Part shown: piece by piece, positions 53,989 through 64,000 of the stretch | How positions within the stretch are numbered: position 1 is the stretch's first letter | How the letters are laid out: each line of letters begins with the position of its first letter | Assembly (NCBI RefSeq): GCF_003790525.1 | Contig: NZ_CP033635.1 | Source: Escherichia coli | GTDB taxonomy: Bacteria > Pseudomonadota > Gammaproteobacteria > Enterobacterales > Enterobacteriaceae | DNA: 64,000 nucleotides | Strand: one strand, 5' to 3' | Position numbers and translations under genes: made by a program | The notes under the pieces: generated by a model | What the model saw: only the letters and a program-made list of their open reading frames with translations | What the model was told of the DNA's origin: nothing | The model's database searches: none

Positions 53989-55434
53989 TTATTTTAAAGG
54001 TGACGGTGTCACGTTTTTCGGGATAGGGCAGTGATACGGTTGCGTGTCCGTAACTTGCTGATGCTCTTGTTGGCATTCTTGCAATAGCCCTGAATCAATG
54101 AAGAGATTAAGTGTGGTTGCTGCCATAGTTTTCGCCGCCAGCAGCATTCCTTTATGAGCAATAGATGTTCGCCCCTGGCTAACCAGTTGCCACGTATGTA
54201 GCGGGGTACCGACGGCAAAGCAGGGGCTGAAACACTGGGCAACAGGCAGTTTCCAACTGACGTCGCCGACATCAGTCGATGCCGCAAGCACGTTATCGGT
54301 GGCGGCATATGGAGCGACTTCATTCGCCAGTACCGTTTCACGATGACGTAGTGCAAAAGCCTTGCCGTTTTCGCCACCGGTTGCAGCGATATTATTCAGA
54401 CTGTTTTGCCGATCGTTGGGGGTGAGCGTAGCCTGAATTTGTTTCGCAAAAGCCAGTTCTTCGCAGTTCCATTCCGGGGTACCAAAATGGGATAGGGCTC
54501 GGTACATGGCATTTTCTAAGGTGCGATTCGGGAGATAACTGGAACAGGCTTTGTCGAAGCGGCATTCAACCGTGGTTTCGGTCATCAATGCCGCACCTTC
54601 GGCGATTTTGGCGACCCGATCATAAATATGCTGCACATCGGTCATTTCGGGGGCGCGGATAAGATAAAGCACTTCTGCCTGCGCCTGGACCACGTTGGGC
54701 GAGATCCCGCCGCTATCTGTGATGGCATAGTGTACGCGCGCTTTTTCAATAATATGTTCGTTGAGGAAGTTGGTGCCAGTGGTCATCAACGTTACGGCAT
54801 CAAGGGCGCTGCGTCCCAAATGAGGGGAATTCGCGGCATGTGCTGCGATCCCTTTAAAGCGCCATGATGCCTGAATGTTTGCCAGCGTGCGGGTATTGAA
54901 CATACCGGCAAAGGCTTCCGGGTGCCAGGTGAGTGCCGCATCCACATCATCAAATACCCCCTCGCGGACCATGAACGTTTTACCCGAGCCGCCTTCTTCG
55001 CCAGGACAACCATAAAAGCGCACCGTGCCGCCTTGCCCATATTGTTCCAGCCATTTCTTGACGGCTATTGCAGCGGCAAAGGCGGCGGTTCCCAGCAAAT
55101 TGTGTCCGCAACCGTGACCATTTTCACCGGGCGTCGCGGATGTAGGTTGCGCGCAACTTGCTTGCTGACTTAAACCTGCCAGGGCGTCATATTCCCCCAG
55201 CAGGGCGATAACCGGTTTGCCTTGACCAAACGAAGCAATAAAGGCATTTGGGATATTGCCTACGTTGCGGGTAACGGTGAAGCCTGCAGACTCCAGCGCC
55301 GAAGCCAGATGCTCCGCTGACCAGAACTCTTCAAAACGTGTTTCTGGATGATCCCAGATTTGATCGGCAATATCGGTATAACGTTGGCGATCGGCTTCAA
55401 TCGCATCGTCGATAAAACGATAGATTTCCTGCAT
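53989..55434 (-). CDS. abgB: p-Aminobenzoyl-glutamate hydrolase subunit B (M20)
   Basis: 481-aa M20-family ORF. Confidence 0.88.
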   Translation of the reverse strand: MQEIYRFIDDAIEADRQRYTDIADQIWDHPETRFEEFWSAEHLASALESAGFTVTRNVGNIPNAFIASFGQGKPVIALLGEYDALAGLSQQASCAQPTSATPGENGHGCGHNLLGTAAFAAAIAVKKWLEQYGQGGTVRFYGCPGEEGGSGKTFMVREGVFDDVDAALTWHPEAFAGMFNTRTLANIQASWRFKGIAAHAANSPHLGRSALDAVTLMTTGTNFLNEHIIEKARVHYAITDSGGISPNVVQAQAEVLYLIRAPEMTDVQHIYDRVAKIAEGAALMTETTVECRFDKACSSYLPNRTLENAMYRALSHFGTPEWNCEELAFAKQIQATLTPNDRQNSLNNIAATGGENGKAFALRHRETVLANEVAPYAATDNVLAASTDVGDVSWKLPVAQCFSPCFAVGTPLHTWQLVSQGRTSIAHKGMLLAAKTMAATTLNLFIDSGLLQECQQEHQQVTDTQPYHCPIPKNVTPSPLK

Positions 55435-56744
55435 CAGATACCTCGCGTCCAGGGAAAATTGAGCGCGGTGCGCGCCAGCGTTTCGACGGCAATAGCGAGA
55501 ACCTGCTCGTCAAAATCGAATTTTTCATTGTGATGACCTGCCGCCAGCTGTGTGCCAAATACCATGTAGGAGGCTTGCCCTTGATGTCGCTGCACGCGGG
55601 CCATCATTAATGTGGCATCTTCGGAACCCGCAGGCGCTTCAACACGTTCAATGGCCTGATTGACCCCCGCGACCTGAGCCGCCTGGATTTGCAACCATGC
55701 GACCCATTGCGGCGAAGGAGAACTGGCGGTAGCAGCACCCATCAGACGAGTTTCAACGCCGACACCATACATGGTTGCTGCGCCCTGAATCGCTTGTTGT
55801 GCACGTTCAAAAACATATTGATTAATGACGTCGCTGGCCCCGCGTGTTTCCACTTTCAGCAACGCCGAGGCAGGAACAACATTACGACCGCTTCCTGCCT
55901 GCATAACGCCCACGTTTACTCTGGAAGCGCCTTCGCTGTGCGGGGCGATTGCATGCAGTGCAAGAGTTGCTTGTGCTGCCGCCAACAAGGCATTGTGACC
56001 GTCTTCTGGTTTTGCGCCTGCGTGAGCGGCGGTCCCGGTGAAGTGCGCGTCAAATTTGGTGGTTGCCATAAAATTATCACTGCCGCACACCACGGTGCCC
56101 GCAGGTACGCCAGTGCCAATGTGCACGGCAGTAAAATAATCAACATCATCTACGACACCTGCATCGACCATCGCCCGCGCGCCACGCGTACCTTCCTCTG
56201 CAGGCTGAAAAATCAGTTTGATGACGCCATGTAGTCCGGACTCGAATTGTTTAAGGGTATGCGCCAGCCCAAGCCCAATGGCGGTATGCCCATCATGACC
56301 ACAGGCATGCATCATTCCGGCGTTACATGACGCAAAACCGTCGCGGTAGGGGCGATGGCTGACATCCTGCTCTTCACTGAGATCCAGCGCGTCCATATCG
56401 ACACGGAAAGCCATCACCGGACCGGGGCGACCAGTATCCAGGGTAGCGACGATGCCAGTGAAACCGCCTTCAAAAGCCGCAATCCATTGTTCTAGCGCCC
56501 CCTGTTGACGAGCGCGCTCGAATTCGCGTTGTAGAGTGAATTCATCAGGTAATCCCATCCGGCTACTTTCATTAACGACTTCGCGGCCCAGCGCCAGTGA
56601 ATAACCGAGCTGGTGCAATTCTTCCGCAACAACGGTGGCAGTGCGGAATTCCACCCAGCCAGACTCTGCATAGTGGTGAAAATCACGTCGCCAGTGCGAT
56701 AATTTTGGGGCAAGCGAATTAATAAATTGATTCAAAGACTCCAT
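55434..56744 (-). CDS. abgA: p-Aminobenzoyl-glutamate hydrolase subunit A (M20)
   Basis: Start set at MESLNQF (436 aa) with GGGAAAGG upstream. Confidence 0.88.
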   Translation of the reverse strand: MESLNQFINSLAPKLSHWRRDFHHYAESGWVEFRTATVVAEELHQLGYSLALGREVVNESSRMGLPDEFTLQREFERARQQGALEQWIAAFEGGFTGIVATLDTGRPGPVMAFRVDMDALDLSEEQDVSHRPYRDGFASCNAGMMHACGHDGHTAIGLGLAHTLKQFESGLHGVIKLIFQPAEEGTRGARAMVDAGVVDDVDYFTAVHIGTGVPAGTVVCGSDNFMATTKFDAHFTGTAAHAGAKPEDGHNALLAAAQATLALHAIAPHSEGASRVNVGVMQAGSGRNVVPASALLKVETRGASDVINQYVFERAQQAIQGAATMYGVGVETRLMGAATASSPSPQWVAWLQIQAAQVAGVNQAIERVEAPAGSEDATLMMARVQRHQGQASYMVFGTQLAAGHHNEKFDFDEQVLAIAVETLARTALNFPWTRGI

Positions 56745-56919
56745 AACCTTTCCCGTCATCAGTAAAAAGTGTGACCCGGTTCACGTAGCGATAGTTTTTA
56801 CTTATCACTAACTGATTTTTCACAGTTTTAACCGTTCATAAATTACCCTGACACAATCATCTGCATTAAAGTAGATGCCAGTTTCTTTGGTCTGATAAAT
56901 AACGGTTATCGGTGGCGTC

Positions 56920-57828
56920 ATGGCTTTTCAGGTAAAAATTCATCAAATTCGGGCTTTTGTTGAAGTGGCTCGTCAGGGCAGCATTCGCGGAGCGAGCCGA
57001 ATGTTGAATATGTCGCAACCGGCACTGAGTAAATCTATTCAGGAACTGGAAGAAGGGTTGGCGGCACAACTCTTTTTTCGCCGTAGTAAAGGCGTGACGT
57101 TAACTGATGCCGGTGAAAGTTTTTATCAGCACGCCAGTCTTATTCTTGAAGAGCTGCGCGCAGCGCAAGAGGATATTCGCCAACGACAAGGGCAACTGGC
57201 AGGGCAAATTAATATCGGCATGGGGGCCAGTATTTCCCGCAGTCTGATGCCAGCTGTCATATCTCGTTTTCATCAGCAGCATCCGCAGGTAAAAGTACGC
57301 ATTATGGAAGGGCAACTGGTGTCGATGATTAATGAATTGCGCCAGGGAGAACTGGATTTCACCATCAATACCTATTATCAGGGACCCTACGACCACGAAT
57401 TTACTTTTGAGAAATTACTGGAAAAGCAATTCGCGATCTTTTGCCGCCCGGGACATCCCGCCATTGGTGCCCGTTCGATCAAACAGTTACTGGACTACAG
57501 CTGGACAATGCCGACGCCACACGGCAGCTACTACAAACAGTTGAGTGAATTGCTTGACGATCAGGCGCAAACGCCACAGGTCGGCGTAGTCTGCGAGACG
57601 TTCTCAGCCTGTATCAGTCTGGTGGCAAAAAGCGATTTTCTCAGCATACTACCTGAAGAAATGGGCTGCGATCCCTTGCACGGACAGGGGCTGGTGATGT
57701 TGCCGGTTAGCGAAATTTTACCGAAAGCGACCTATTATTTGATTCAGCGGCGTGATAGTCGCCAGACACCACTGACCGCGTCATTAATCACGCAATTTCG
57801 GCGAGAATGCGGCTATCTGCAAAGTTAA
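56920..57828 (+). CDS. abgR: LysR-family regulator AbgR
   Basis: 302-aa ORF, divergent from abgABT; LysR HTH. Confidence 0.9.
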   Translation: MAFQVKIHQIRAFVEVARQGSIRGASRMLNMSQPALSKSIQELEEGLAAQLFFRRSKGVTLTDAGESFYQHASLILEELRAAQEDIRQRQGQLAGQINIGMGASISRSLMPAVISRFHQQHPQVKVRIMEGQLVSMINELRQGELDFTINTYYQGPYDHEFTFEKLLEKQFAIFCRPGHPAIGARSIKQLLDYSWTMPTPHGSYYKQLSELLDDQAQTPQVGVVCETFSACISLVAKSDFLSILPEEMGCDPLHGQGLVMLPVSEILPKATYYLIQRRDSRQTPLTASLITQFRRECGYLQS

Positions 57829-57836
57829 AACTGCAT

Positions 57837-57931
57837 AAAAAAAATAGAGTCTGTCGACATCCGCCAGACTCTACAGTACACACAGCAGTGCATCCGCGTC
57901 TTAAATCCGGCATGGTCTCCTCTGCGCCGGT
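57837..57931 (-). ncRNA. mcaS: Small RNA McaS (IsrA)
   Basis: Minus-strand sequence matches McaS as I recall it (5' ACCGGCGCAGAGGAGAC...); terminal hairpin AGAGTCTGGCGGATGTCGACAGACTCT plus U8; sits between abgR and smrA. Confidence 0.8.
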
Positions 57932-58158
57932 GACTGTGTTATAACGGTTTTAACCTTTAGTTGCCAATTTTCTTCAGTGACAGATTTCACGAAAATATAA
58001 GTTACATTATTAATATAGTGAATGAATAATCATGCATAAGCATTTTGCTTAAAATATCGGCAACATTTGGAACTTATTACTGGAAATTTGGGTAATACGT
58101 TGTTGGACCAGCCCGGTCTGGTTATCATATCGCGCTCTTAATTGCGGGAGGATGTAAC

Positions 58159-58722
58159 ATGAACCTTGACGACAAATCGCTGTTTCTTGACGCCATGGAA
58201 GATGTCCAGCCGCTGAAACGTGCTACAGATGTCCACTGGCATCCAACGCGTAACCAACGTGCGCCGCAGCGTATCGACACGCTGCAACTTGATAATTTCC
58301 TCACCACTGGATTTCTCGACATCATCCCGCTAACTCAGCCGCTGGAGTTTCGGCGGGAAGGGTTGCAACATGGGGTGCTGGATAAGCTGCGCAGTGGTAA
58401 ATACCCGCAACAGGCGAGCCTGAATCTTTTGCGCCAGCCGGTGGAAGAGTGCCGCAAAATGGTGTTCAGTTTCATTCAACAAGCCCTGGCGGATGGTTTG
58501 CGTAATGTGCTGATTATTCATGGTAAAGGGCGGGAAGATAAATCGCATGCCAATATTGTCCGCAGCTATGTGGCGCGCTGGTTGACCGAATTTGATGATG
58601 TCCAGGCATATTGTACCGCGCTACCGCATCATGGCGGCAGCGGGGCGTGTTACGTCGCACTACGTAAAACGGCACAGGCAAAGCAAGAAAACTGGGAGCG
58701 CCACGCTAAGCGCAGTCGTTGA
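58159..58722 (+). CDS. smrA: Smr-domain DNA endonuclease SmrA (YdaL)
   Basis: 187-aa ORF with C-terminal Smr domain. Confidence 0.85.
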   Translation: MNLDDKSLFLDAMEDVQPLKRATDVHWHPTRNQRAPQRIDTLQLDNFLTTGFLDIIPLTQPLEFRREGLQHGVLDKLRSGKYPQQASLNLLRQPVEECRKMVFSFIQQALADGLRNVLIIHGKGREDKSHANIVRSYVARWLTEFDDVQAYCTALPHHGGSGACYVALRKTAQAKQENWERHAKRSR

Positions 58723-58742
58723 TCTCGAGACGCATCCGCGGC

Positions 58743-59975
58743 TTATGCCGCCAGCACGCGGTTGCGTCCATCATTTTTCGCCCGATACAAAGCATCATCA
58801 ACGCGTTTAAACAGCTCATCGATGCTTTCATTTCCTTCGTGATGCGCCACACCAATGCTGACGGTAAAGCGTGGTAAGCCCGAAATACTCACTTTTGCCA
58901 CGCTTACGCGGATAGTTTCAGCCAGCGAAAGCGCGGTATCCAGTGGGGTTCTTGGTAGCAATAAGACAAACTCTTCGCCTCCCCAACGAAACACCAAATC
59001 GCCTTTGCGAGCGCAACTTTCGAGGGTGCGGGCGAGGGCGCATAACACCTCATCACCTTTAGAATGCCCATAGAGATCGTTAATGTGTTTAAAACGATCG
59101 GTGTCGATGAGCAACAAGCTGTAATCCTGAGCGATGGCGAGGTGCTGCATTTGGCCTGGCTCGGTAATGTGATAAAACTGTCGCCGATTCAGTAATCCGG
59201 TCATCGCGTCATGGTGGGCAGCATGTTCCAGCTGCTCCTCCAGCCGTTTTTGCTCAGTAATATCATGCACAATACATAACATGAGCTTGTCGCCATAAAT
59301 TTCAATCGGACCGGCATAGGTCTGCACATGACGAGTCGAACCATCCGCCAATTTATGAACAAAATTCAAAGGCTTATGGCCACCGGGTAAATGCGAAATT
59401 TCATGCATGATAGGCATGACGCGTCGCCCGAGCATATTTATTTCCCAGGTATGTTTCTGGCACATCGTTTCATGGTTATAACCATAGAAATTGAGCGCGG
59501 CGAGGTTAGCATCAACGATTTGGCCATCTCGTGAGGGGTCAATCAACAACATTGGTGCAGAGTTAGTCAGAAAAAAGCGCGCATAAAAACCTTGTTTTTT
59601 GCGCTGATAATTTGCCGAGCGACTGGCTTTTAAACCCAGCGTTGCCGGCGCTTCGATACCTTCGAAAATAATCACCGGTTCTGCTTCTGTCAGCTCTCGC
59701 AAAACAAGCCGACAGCTTAATGCTGTTTCCTCTTCTTTACGTTGAACGGTGAGGATTTCGATAATATCGTGTTGGTTTTGCAGATCGGAGAGGTATTTCG
59801 GCAGTTCTTTTTGTGAGGAGACGGAATAGGGACCGGTTCGTAGCTGACTAAACGTGAGGTCTTGCATCAACAGTCGCGCCGCGCTGTTGGCATAAATTAA
59901 CTGTTCCTCAAAGGGCGAAACGATCCAGACAGGACTGGTGAGTAAGTCCAGGGTATTGAAGTTGTGCGTAATCAT
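58743..59975 (-). CDS. dgcM: Diguanylate cyclase DgcM (YdaM), PAS-GGDEF
   Basis: Start set at MITHNFNTL (410 aa); GGEEF motif present (RWGGEEF). Confidence 0.9.
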   Translation of the reverse strand: MITHNFNTLDLLTSPVWIVSPFEEQLIYANSAARLLMQDLTFSQLRTGPYSVSSQKELPKYLSDLQNQHDIIEILTVQRKEEETALSCRLVLRELTEAEPVIIFEGIEAPATLGLKASRSANYQRKKQGFYARFFLTNSAPMLLIDPSRDGQIVDANLAALNFYGYNHETMCQKHTWEINMLGRRVMPIMHEISHLPGGHKPLNFVHKLADGSTRHVQTYAGPIEIYGDKLMLCIVHDITEQKRLEEQLEHAAHHDAMTGLLNRRQFYHITEPGQMQHLAIAQDYSLLLIDTDRFKHINDLYGHSKGDEVLCALARTLESCARKGDLVFRWGGEEFVLLLPRTPLDTALSLAETIRVSVAKVSISGLPRFTVSIGVAHHEGNESIDELFKRVDDALYRAKNDGRNRVLAA

Positions 59976-60208
59976 TGAGATCCCGTTATTTTTATCAATT
60001 TTTGTTGCTATCCGATCGCAAAAAAGCCACGTCATATGATCAGATAATTCTGATAATGATAGACGCTATTTAACACTTCACACGGTTTGTATACGGAAAA
60101 GCATTTTGCTTTTTGTATTCAATTTAGACAGAATTTTATTAATCATTTCAGGGTAATGGGGTGATGAGATGTTGCGTAACAGGGCCAGAAGGCTAGACTA
60201 CAAAATAA

Positions 60209-61213
<1,005 letters not shown>

Positions 61214-61258
61214 CAAAAGCAATTTTCCCGGCTGTCTGTATACAAAAACGCCGCAAAG

Positions 61259-61272
61259 TTTGAGCGAAGTCA
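61259..61272 (+). promoter_or_regulatory. FNR box of fnrS promoter
   Basis: TTGAG-CGAA-GTCAA, centred about 41 bp upstream of the fnrS 5' end (class II position). Confidence 0.75.
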
Positions 61273-61309
61273 ATAAACTCTCTACCCATTCAGGGCAATA
61301 TCTCCCTTG

Positions 61310-61419
61310 CAGGTGAATGCAACGTCAAGCGATGGGCGTTGCGCTCCATATTGTCTTACTTCCTTTTTTGAATTACTGCATAGCACAATTGATTCGTACG
61401 ACGCCGACTTTGATGAGTC
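61310..61419 (+). ncRNA. fnrS: Small RNA FnrS
   Basis: Matches FnrS as I recall it (GCAGGUGAAUGCAACGUCAAGCGAUGGGCG...); terminal hairpin GCCGACTTTGATGAGTCGGC plus U8; between zntB and dbpA. Confidence 0.85.
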
Positions 61420-61487
61420 GGCTTTTTTTTGCCTGTTATATATCAGCGTCTACCCTTTAAGAGTCCACCCAATGACCGGAGGGAAAT

Positions 61488-61661
61488 ATGACGACACTCA
61501 TTTATTTGCAAATTCCTGTCCCTGAACCGATTCCTGGCGATCCTGTTCCTGTGCCCGATCCGATCCCTCGCCCGCAACCCATGCCTGACCCACCCCCCGA
61601 TGAAGAACCGATTAAATTGTCGCATCGTGAGCGTAGATCTGCGAGGATACGTGCCTGCTGA
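61488..61661 (+). CDS. Candidate 57-aa proline-rich small protein upstream of dbpA
   Basis: ATG 4 nt after GGAGGG; MTTLIYLQIPVPEPIPGDPVPVPDPIPRPQPMPDPPPDEEPIKLSHRERRSARIRAC; stops 30 nt before dbpA. Below the ORF-track size cut-off. Confidence 0.4.
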   Translation: MTTLIYLQIPVPEPIPGDPVPVPDPIPRPQPMPDPPPDEEPIKLSHRERRSARIRAC

Positions 61662-61690
61662 CTTTGCGTCGATGACCACGAGAATAGATT

Positions 61691-63064
61691 GTGACCGCTT
61701 TTTCTACCCTGAATGTTTTGCCTCCCGCCCAACTCACGAACCTTAATGAGTTGGGTTATTTAACCATGACGCCGGTGCAGGCCGCCGCGCTTCCGGCGAT
61801 CCTTGCCGGAAAAGATGTTCGCGTGCAGGCGAAAACCGGCAGTGGCAAAACGGCGGCTTTTGGCCTCGGCTTGTTACAGCAAATTGATGCGTCGCTATTT
61901 CAAACCCAGGCTTTAGTGCTGTGTCCTACGCGTGAACTGGCGGATCAGGTGGCAGGTGAATTGCGTCGGCTGGCGCGTTTTCTGCCAAATACCAAAATTT
62001 TGACGTTGTGCGGTGGTCAACCGTTCGGTATGCAGCGTGATTCGTTGCAACATGCGCCGCATATTATCGTGGCAACGCCGGGTCGTTTGCTGGATCACTT
62101 GCAAAAAGGCACGGTATCACTGGATGCGCTGAATACTTTGGTGATGGATGAGGCCGACCGCATGCTGGATATGGGATTTAGCGACGCCATTGATGATGTC
62201 ATCCGTTTTGCGCCAGCATCTCGACAGACGCTTCTGTTTTCGGCAACCTGGCCGGAAGCCATCGCCGCAATCAGCGGACGAGTGCAACGCGATCCTTTAG
62301 CGATTGAAATTGACTCAACAGATGCTCTGCCTCCCATTGAACAACAATTTTATGAGACATTCAGCAAAGGCAAAATTCCGTTGTTGCAACGGTTATTAAG
62401 TTTGCATCAGCCATCCTCTTGCGTGGTGTTTTGCAATACCAAAAAAGATTGCCAGGCTGTCTGTGACGCGCTGAATGAAGTAGGGCAAAGTGCATTGTCG
62501 TTACACGGCGATCTGGAGCAACGCGATCGCGATCAGACTCTGGTACGTTTTGCTAACGGTAGCGCCCGTGTACTGGTCGCGACTGATGTTGCTGCGCGTG
62601 GTCTGGATATTAAATCGCTTGAGCTGGTAGTGAACTTTGAACTGGCGTGGGACCCTGAAGTTCATGTACATCGCATCGGTCGTACAGCGCGTGCAGGAAA
62701 TAGCGGTCTGGCGATCAGTTTCTGTGCCCCGGAAGAAGCACAGCGGGCCAATATCATTTCTGACATGTTGCAGATAAAACTTAACTGGCAAACGCCGCCA
62801 GCTAATAGTTCCATTGTGCCGCTGGAAGCCGAAATGGCAACGTTATGTATCGATGGCGGGAAAAAAGCCAAAATGCGCCCGGGTGATGTATTAGGTGCGC
62901 TGACAGGAGATATCGGGCTTGATGGCGCAGATATTGGCAAAATCGCCGTGCATCCGGCGCATGTCTATGTCGCGGTGCGTCAGGCTGTTGCTCATAAAGC
63001 ATGGAAACAGTTACAGGGCGGGAAGATTAAAGGAAAAACGTGCCGGGTGCGGTTATTAAAATAA
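61691..63064 (+). CDS. dbpA: ATP-dependent RNA helicase DbpA (DEAD-box)
   Basis: 457-aa ORF from GTG; Walker A (TGSGKT), DEAD (MDEAD), SAT, HRIGRTAR motifs. Confidence 0.93.
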   Translation: MTAFSTLNVLPPAQLTNLNELGYLTMTPVQAAALPAILAGKDVRVQAKTGSGKTAAFGLGLLQQIDASLFQTQALVLCPTRELADQVAGELRRLARFLPNTKILTLCGGQPFGMQRDSLQHAPHIIVATPGRLLDHLQKGTVSLDALNTLVMDEADRMLDMGFSDAIDDVIRFAPASRQTLLFSATWPEAIAAISGRVQRDPLAIEIDSTDALPPIEQQFYETFSKGKIPLLQRLLSLHQPSSCVVFCNTKKDCQAVCDALNEVGQSALSLHGDLEQRDRDQTLVRFANGSARVLVATDVAARGLDIKSLELVVNFELAWDPEVHVHRIGRTARAGNSGLAISFCAPEEAQRANIISDMLQIKLNWQTPPANSSIVPLEAEMATLCIDGGKKAKMRPGDVLGALTGDIGLDGADIGKIAVHPAHVYVAVRQAVAHKAWKQLQGGKIKGKTCRVRLLK

Positions 63065-63104
63065 TGAAATGTTGAATCGCAGGGTGCAAGAGTCAATATC
63101 TTCT

Positions 63105-63165
63105 TCGGGATTGCCGGATGCGACGCTGGCCGCGTCTTCTCCGGCCTCCATAAGAGTAGCCCGAT
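63105..63165. repeat. REP/BIME-like palindromes between dbpA and ttcA
   Basis: GCCGGATGCGACGCTGGCCGCGTCTTCTCCGGCC and GCCCGATAAGCTTGCGCATCGGGCG. Confidence 0.6.
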
Positions 63166-63192
63166 AAGCTTGCGCATCGGGCGCTATCCGGG

Positions 63193-64000
63193 TTATTTCA
63201 CTTCAACCACATTCAGTCGTAACTCATCCAACTGATTTTCATCTTCTTCAGGCTGCCAACCCGCCGGTTGTAGAGGGATCTCTTCGCGATCAAACGCCAG
63301 ATCACCCCCGTTAACCACTTCAGAACCGTGGGTAATGCCTTTGAAATCGAACAGGTTGGTATCGCACAGATGCGATGGCACCACATTCTGCATCGCGCTG
63401 AACATCGTCTCGATACGCCCCGGATAACGTTTATCCCAGTCACGCAACATGTCAGCAATCACCTGACGTTGCAGGTTAGGCTGTGAACCGCACAGGTTGC
63501 ACGGAATAATCGGGAACGCTTTTGCATCGGCAAAGCGCTGAATATCTTTCTCGCGGCAGTAGGCCAGCGGGCGAATCACGATATGTTTGCCATCATCGCT
63601 CATCAGTTTCGGAGGCATACCTTTCATCTTGCCGCCGTAGAACATATTTAAGAACAGCGTTTGCAGGATATCGTCACGATGGTGACCCAACGCGATCTTC
63701 GTCGCCCCCAGTTCCGTTGCGGTGCGATAAAGGATACCGCGACGAAGACGAGAACACAGTGAGCAAGTGGTTTTGCCCTCCGGAATCTTCTCTTTCACGA
63801 TACCGTAAGTGTTCTCTTCCACAATCTTGTACTCAACGCCCAGCGTTTCAAGATACTCGGGCAGAACGTGTTCCGGAAAGCCCGGTTGTTTTTGATCGAG
63901 GTTAACAGCCACCAGCGAAAAATTGATTGGCGCGCTTTGCTGCAAATTGCGCAGAATTTCCAGCATGGTATAGCTGTCTTTACCCCCGGAGAGGCAAACC
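63193..64000 (-). CDS. ttcA: tRNA 2-thiocytidine synthetase TtcA, 3' portion (N-terminus beyond window)
   Basis: Minus-strand frame open to the right edge; PP-loop ATPase family with CxxC pairs; stop at 63193. Confidence 0.85.
   Translation of the reverse strand, partial: VCLSGGKDSYTMLEILRNLQQSAPINFSLVAVNLDQKQPGFPEHVLPEYLETLGVEYKIVEENTYGIVKEKIPEGKTTCSLCSRLRRGILYRTATELGATKIALGHHRDDILQTLFLNMFYGGKMKGMPPKLMSDDGKHIVIRPLAYCREKDIQRFADAKAFPIIPCNLCGSQPNLQRQVIADMLRDWDKRYPGRIETMFSAMQNVVPSHLCDTNLFDFKGITHGSEVVNGGDLAFDREEIPLQPAGWQPEEDENQLDELRLNVVEVK

Noticed and set aside
61502-61732. 76-aa glycine-rich minus-strand ORF
   Set aside because: Mirror image of the proline-rich plus-strand frame (CCN read as NGG), overlaps the dbpA start, no RBS.

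Overview
This window reads as an Escherichia coli-type chromosomal segment with K-12-like gene order: sapABCDF, ymjA, the puu putrescine-utilisation cluster, pspF/pspABCDE, the ycjM-V/ompG/ycjW sugar cluster, ycjXF, tyrR, tpx, the murein-peptide genes ycjG/mpaA/mppA, ynaI, ynaJ, uspE, fnr, ogt, abgABT/abgR, smrA, dgcM, zntB, dbpA and the 3' part of ttcA. Two sRNAs are recognisable from sequence (McaS, and FnrS with its FNR box). All gene identifications are by eye and memory of the E. coli proteins; no search was run. I did not find an unambiguous novel system, and there is no CRISPR array, IS element, integrase or toxin-like gene. The strongest second-look leads are: (1) an RND permease / outer-membrane factor / MFS efflux module at the left edge that, as far as I recall, is not at this position in K-12, with a perfect 27-bp in-frame tandem duplication inside the outer-membrane factor gene; (2) an identical 25-bp motif upstream of both mpaA and mppA; (3) a 24-codon ORF bridging ycjY and an intact ymjC-like gene with overlapping start/stop codons; (4) a 57-codon proline-rich ORF with a strong ribosome-binding site just upstream of dbpA; (5) the heat-shock-promoter-driven ycjX-ycjF pair of unknown function. 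ycjV and the ymjC-like gene are intact here, so the strain is probably not K-12 itself.
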